DNA of 64,000 nt from Orbicella franksi. Its lineage: Eukaryota. Both the position numbers and the translations under genes were made by a program. Position 1 is the first letter of the stretch. The number at the start of each line of letters is the position of its first letter. Below the pieces are notes generated by a model. It saw only the letters and a program-made list of their open reading frames with translations. It searched no databases and was not told the origin of the DNA. Positions 63,385 through 64,000 of the stretch are shown here, piece after piece. The stretch is from positions 13,702,001-13,766,000 of the forward strand of contig OZ116710.1 of the NCBI GenBank assembly GCA_964199315.1. Direction: 5' to 3'.

Positions 63385-63680
63385 GTAACATATCAAACTC
63401 GAAAGACCGTGTTTGACCACCTTTCCAAACACGGAGAAAATACGACGCGTGGTGGAGTTCTGTTTGGAAATGTGGTCAAACACGAGAGTTTTTGAGTTTT
63501 TCATATATCTTCTCAATTTGAGTTTTTGATATATCTTCTCAATCGAAACTTAAACTGAGGAGAAAACGGAGGCTTAAATTCTTAAGAATCTATGCTAATT
63601 AGATCAGAAATCCAAACACCTTCTCGGTCATGATTTCCTTTGTTTAAACTTCGTGAATAATTAATGAGTTTGAGAAAGTC
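63385..63680 (+). mobile_element. Palindrome-headed element
   Basis: Arms cgtgtttgaccacctttccaaaca (63408-63431) / tgtttggaaatgtggtcaaacacg (63461-63484), apex aatac-gacgcgtggtgga-gt; internal 26-bp tandem duplication 63491-63542. Confidence 0.7.
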
Positions 63681-64000
63681 ATATCAAATTAAAACACGAG
63701 TGCTTAAACCAGCCTACTTGGAAAACAATTGATCAATGAAAACATTCATTGAACACAAAAGATGGCGAAATTTATATTTTAATAGTTTTACTTTAACATT
63801 CATCTATATGTACTTGTAAAAGGATTCTTTTTATAAGGGTACTTTTGAGCTTTTTCATATATTGGTGTTCCCAGACAATAAAAATTGAATAGAAAAGAAC
63901 GTATTTCACGAAATAGAGAAACTACATGGTTTAGTACGCCAACATGACTACAGTGACGTTATATAAAATTGCTTCATTTTACAATAACATTAAGAAAAGC

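Overview
AT-rich eukaryotic (animal) genomic DNA; the repeat families and protein types point to a cnidarian, probably a stony coral (inference). No rRNA, tRNA genes or CRISPR arrays are visible. Genes: three single-coding-exon class A GPCR paralogs (19034-20137 +, 45942-47048 +, 56435-57586 on the MINUS strand, mislabelled + in the ORF track), and a tandem pair of three-exon genes for a secreted signal peptide + PAN/apple + EGF + unnamed C-terminal domain protein (48171-50346 pseudogene; 52029-54354 intact, 304 aa). The first two GPCRs end two copies of a tandem segmental duplication (1-20137 vs 30782-47048), so many insertions can be compared with their empty sites. Mobile DNA: a full-length but RT-dead L1/Tx1-type LINE with TSD (22961-27749), a 5'-truncated L1/Tx1 with TSD, a tRNA-derived SINE with TSD, an internally deleted one-ended hAT, MITEs and a CR1/L2-like RT fragment. 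Most unusual signal: at least six dispersed palindrome-headed elements, mostly unrelated in arm sequence, share one strand-specific hairpin apex (stem-GA-short stem-small loop-short stem-GA-stem); the one with a comparable empty site shows no TSD. Percent identities were not computed; similarity statements are by eye.
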